Source: an uncultured Thermoleophilia bacterium | GTDB lineage: Bacteria > Actinomycetota > Thermoleophilia > UBA2241 | Assembly: GCA_963715985.1 (NCBI GenBank) | Contig: CAVQSP010000007.1 | Coordinates: 1-21,931, forward strand | Direction: 5' to 3' | DNA: 21,931 nt | In this document: positions 18,271 through 21,931 of the stretch, one piece after another | Layout of the letters: each line of letters starts with the position of its first letter | How positions within the stretch are numbered: position 1 is the stretch's first letter | Notes under the pieces: model-generated | The model's database searches: none | Told to the model about the DNA's origin: nothing | Seen by the model: only the letters and a program-made list of their open reading frames with translations | Translations under genes and position numbers: made by a program

Positions 18271-19102
18271 ATGGAGAAGCTCATCATCACCGTGGCCGGC
18301 GTGGGCGCCGAGACCACCAAGGAGGCGCAGCCGGGGCTGCCGGTGACCGCCGCGCGAGATCGGCGCCGACGCGGCGCGCTGCCGCGAGGCCGGCGCCGCG
18401 ATGTACCACCTGCACGTGCGTGACGCCGAGGCCAACCCGACGCAGGCGAAGGAGGTCTTCGCCGCGGCGATCGAGGCGATCCGCGAGCGCACGGACATCA
18501 TCATCCAGACGAGCACCGGCGGCGCCATGGGCATGACCGCCGACGAGCGCCTGCAGCCGCTGGAGCTGGGCCCGGAGATGGCCTCGCTCACCACCGGCAC
18601 CGCCAATTTCGGCGATGAGGTGTTCTTCAACGACACGGCGCTGATGAGCGAGTTCTATCAGCGCATGCAGAAGAAGGGCGTGCGCCCCGAGTTCGAGATC
18701 TTCGAGGCGGGGCAGGTCGACAACGCCCTCCGGCTCGTCAAGCAGTACGGCCCTGCCGGGCCGCTACTGCACTGGGACTTCGTGCTGGGCGTGCCCGGCA
18801 GCATGAGCGGCGAGCCGCGCAACCTCACCTTTCTGGTCGACCGCATCCCCGCCGGGTCGACCTGGACGTGCACCGGCATCGGCCGCTGGCACATGCCGGT
18901 GACCATGACCGCGCTCGCCCTCGGCGGCAATGTGCGCCTGGGGTTCGAGGACAACATCTACCTGCACAAGGGCGTGCTCGCCCAAGAGAACGCCGAGCTC
19001 GTCGCGCGCGTGGCCCGCCTCGCGGGGGAGTGGGACCGCGCCTGCGCGACCCCCGACGAGGCGCGCCGCATCCTCAAGCTCGGCGAGTACGCCGAGGGCT
19101 GA
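18271..19102 (+). CDS. kce: 3-keto-5-aminohexanoate cleavage enzyme (BKACE/DUF849); +1 frameshift near 18353
   Basis: MEKLIITVA..GAETTKEAQPGLPVT joins EAGAAMYHLHVRD (Zn-binding HxH), then QTSTGGA, NFGDEVF, PEFEIFE, FVLGVPG, GIGRWH and GNVRLGFEDN. Confidence 0.9.
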
Positions 19103-19114
19103 CACCGTCGGGCG

Positions 19115-19136
19115 GGCGGGCCTCCGGCGGCCCGCC
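19115..19136 (+). terminator. GC hairpin after kce
   Basis: GGCGGGCC-TCCGGC-GGCCCGCC, 12 nt after the TGA. Confidence 0.4.
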
Positions 19137-19339
19137 ATCACCCTCGCGCCGCCACCCGCCGGCCCCTCGCCCCGCCGCCTCGGTGCGCACGAGCATCCGC
19201 GGATGTTCTACTCAAGTCACCCATCATCCCTGACGACACCTTCGCTGTGTACCGTTCCTGAGGGATCATGGGCGGCTCGTGAACGGGCGTACAATCAGGT
19301 CGTCCCCTGCGTGCGGCGGCCGCGAGCGGAAGAGCCGGG

Positions 19340-21927
19340 ATGGCGTTTCGTGCCAGACATCAGAAGGCGGATCGCAGCGAGGTCGAGCTGCTGCGCAGCC
19401 TCATCACGCTCGCCAACCAGCTGCAGTCGAGCCTGGAGCCGGACGCCATCGTGGGCGTCATCGCCAGCGCCGCCGGCAACATCTTCGGGTTCCGCGAGGC
19501 GGCACTGTACCTCCTCGAGCCCGACGGCGAGACTTTTCGCGTGCACGCCACGCTCGGCGAGAAACCGGATTACGACAGCGTGCTCTTCGAACGGCCGGTG
19601 CCGCGGCGCGTGTTCGACGAGCTGTTCCTCGCCAAGTACCAGATCGGCTCCTCGTACTTCGTCGACGCGCGCCTGCACCAGTGGTCCGAGGAGCAGCTGT
19701 ACTACCTGCCGCCGCTGGACCTGGGCCCACGCGGCGACGACGAGTGGAAGTCCGAGGACGAGCTCTTCGTGCCGCTCTTCGACAAGCAGCGCGAGATCAT
19801 GGGGGTCCTCGATCTGTACGACCCCGCCGACCGCGCGCTGCCTGACGTGGAGATGGTCAAGTCGCTCGAGGTCTTCGCCGCGCATGCGGCCGTGGCCGTC
19901 GAGAACGCGCGCCAGTTCAAGGAGCTGGAGGGCGCCTCCGCGCAGCTCGCCGCCCAGCTCGAGCTGCGACATGCGCTCATCGAGCTCAGCGCCGCGCTGC
20001 TCACTACGCTCGACCAGAGGACGCTGTTCGCGCGCATCGCGGCGCTCCTCAAAGACTTCGTCGACTACGACGCCATGGAGATACGGCTCGTGGACGAACA
20101 GGCCGGAGAACTCTACTGCGGCTTCACGAGCGACCCCGGCGATGCGGAGCAGATGACGAGCTGGCGGGCGCCATTGGACGTGGGCGTGAGCGGCTGGGTG
20201 CTGACTCACAACGAGGCCCAGCTGGTCAACGACATGCTCGGCGACCCGCGGGGTGCGCTCGTGCCCGGCACGGAGTGGGTGCCGCAGGCGTCGATCATCG
20301 CCCCGCTCACGGTGGCCGGGACGGTGATCGGCGTGCTGGCGTTGGACCGCATGGGCGGGCGCACCTTCGCAGAGGAGGAACTCGAACCCACAAGGCTCTT
20401 CGCCAACATGGCGGCCATCGCCATCCAGAACGCGCGCCAGTACGAGGAGGCCGAGGCCGCGTCGCGCGAGCTGGAGCGCCAGCTGGCGCTCCGCCAGGAC
20501 CTGCTCCAGCTCAGCACGGCCCTCCTCGGCACGCTCGGCCGCGACACGGTGTTCGCGGAGGTGACGACCATGCTGAAGGCGATGGTCGACTACGACGCCG
20601 TGGACATCCGCCTCCTGGACGAAAAGACGCGCGAGCTCGTCAGCATCTACGCGCGCGGCGTTGACGTGGAGCTCGCACAGGCCTTCCGCGTCTCCCTTGA
20701 CGAGGGCCTGACCGGCTGGGTGGCGCGCCACAACGAGGCGCAGCTCGTTGACGACATGGAGGCGGACCCGCGGGTCACGCAGGTGCCGGGCACCTCGGAG
20801 CACGAACGCCAGGCGTCGCTCGTCCTCCCCCTCACCGTGCGCGGCACGGTGACCGGCGTGCTCACCATCGACCGCATGGGGGGCCGCACCTTCATGGAGT
20901 CGGAGCTCGAGGTCACCAAGCTGTTCGCCAACATGGCGGCCATCGCCATCCAGAACGCCCTCGCCTACGAGGAGGTGGAGCGCCAGGCCATCAGCGATGG
21001 CCTCACCGGCATCCACAACCATCGCCACTTCCACGAGACGCTCGAGGCGGAGGTCCGGCGCGCGGAGCGCTACGAGGAGACGTTCTGCCTGTTCATGATG
21101 GACCTCGACCACTTCAAGGCGGTCAACGACACGGTGGGCCACCAGAAGGGCGACGAGGTGCTCCGCGCCGTCAGCGACGTGCTGCGGCGCTGCTCACGAG
21201 AGTCCGACTACCTGGCCCGCTACGGCGGCGAGGAGTTCACCATGATCCTCCCCCGCACGGGGTTGCAGGAGGCCGTCACGCTCGCCCAGCGTGTCCGCGC
21301 CGGCGTGGCGGAGATCGACGCAGGGCATCCCGGCCTGCAGGTGACGGTGTCCATCGGCGTAGCCGCGTTCCCGGACTCGGCCCTCGACAGCGACGGCGTC
21401 CTGGCGGCCGCGGACACGGCGCTGCTGCGCGCCAAGGCCCTCGGCCGCGACAGGGTGTGCCTGTTCGCCGGCGACGAACCCCTACTGGTCGCCGGCGCCG
21501 ACACGGACCTGGTGGCCCTGGGCCGGCGCTTCGCGGCCTTCATCAATCTCAGCGAGGCGAAGACCGCCGGGCTCATCACGGCCCTGGCGGTCATGGACCC
21601 TGAGGGCAGCGCCCTGCGCGAGGTCCCGGCGGTGCTGGAGCTAGGTGGCAACGGGGGCTCCCGGGGCGGCGACGTGAGCGGCCGCGCCGTGGAGGCGCTC
21701 CTCTATGGAAACGAGCGCTGGGACGGCTCGGGGTACCCCGAGGGACGGCGCGGGAGCGCCATCCACGCGTGGCCCGCGCGTTCGCCGTGTGCCGCCGCTA
21801 CGACGTGGCCGCCCACAACGGCTCGAGCCTCGATGCCCTCCGCGTTGTGGCCGCGAGGGAGCTCGACCCCGTGATGGTGCAGCGGTTCGCCGCCATGCTC
21901 CGCGCGGAGCGCGCCCACTCCAACTGA
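19340..21927 (+). CDS. Diguanylate cyclase: GAF x3 + GGDEF + degenerate HD-GYP; -1 frameshift near 21763
   Basis: Three GAF units ending A.A..NA, then DGLTG, MDLDHFKAVNDTVGH and RESDYLARYGGEEF (RxxD I-site, active-type motif). ERWDGSGYPEG..G.AI continues in another frame as ARAFAVC..YD..LDP.MV..F to TGA 21925-21927. Confidence 0.9.
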
Positions 21928-21931
21928 CGCC

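Noticed and set aside
784-18636. Long antisense or alternate-frame ORFs (e.g. 784..2796, 5874..8504, 15388..18636)
   Set aside because: These are shadow frames of high-GC3 genes with no recognisable domains.

Overview
High-GC (roughly 70%) bacterial window, mostly + strand, holding an anaerobic amine-catabolism island. It encodes three MttB-superfamily methyltransferases with no amber codon at the canonical site, and one MtbB-type dimethylamine:corrinoid methyltransferase with an in-frame TAG (2077-2079) at the conserved pyrrolysine position. Also present are a class-III aminotransferase, an iron-sulfur flavoprotein, a [2Fe-2S]-ASKHA corrinoid reactivator, lysine 2,3-aminomutase (kamA), five tandem EamA/DMT transporters, the Cloacimonas-type lysine-fermentation pair kat-kce, an inverted higBA module and a GAF x3-GGDEF-degenerate HD-GYP protein. 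Top leads: (i) bacterial pyrrolysine decoding; (ii) a leaderless 16-codon uORF ending in TAG at the base of a hairpin, whose readthrough frame stops exactly in the ATGA start of mttB2, a candidate amber/Pyl-responsive attenuator; (iii) a possible pathway linking corrinoid-dependent demethylation of N-methylated lysine or related amines to lysine fermentation. About eight small frameshifts suggest an imperfectly polished long-read assembly, so single-base claims need read-level checks. No pylTSBCD, cognate corrinoid protein, kamDE or kdd gene is visible. All family assignments are from motif recognition, not database searches.
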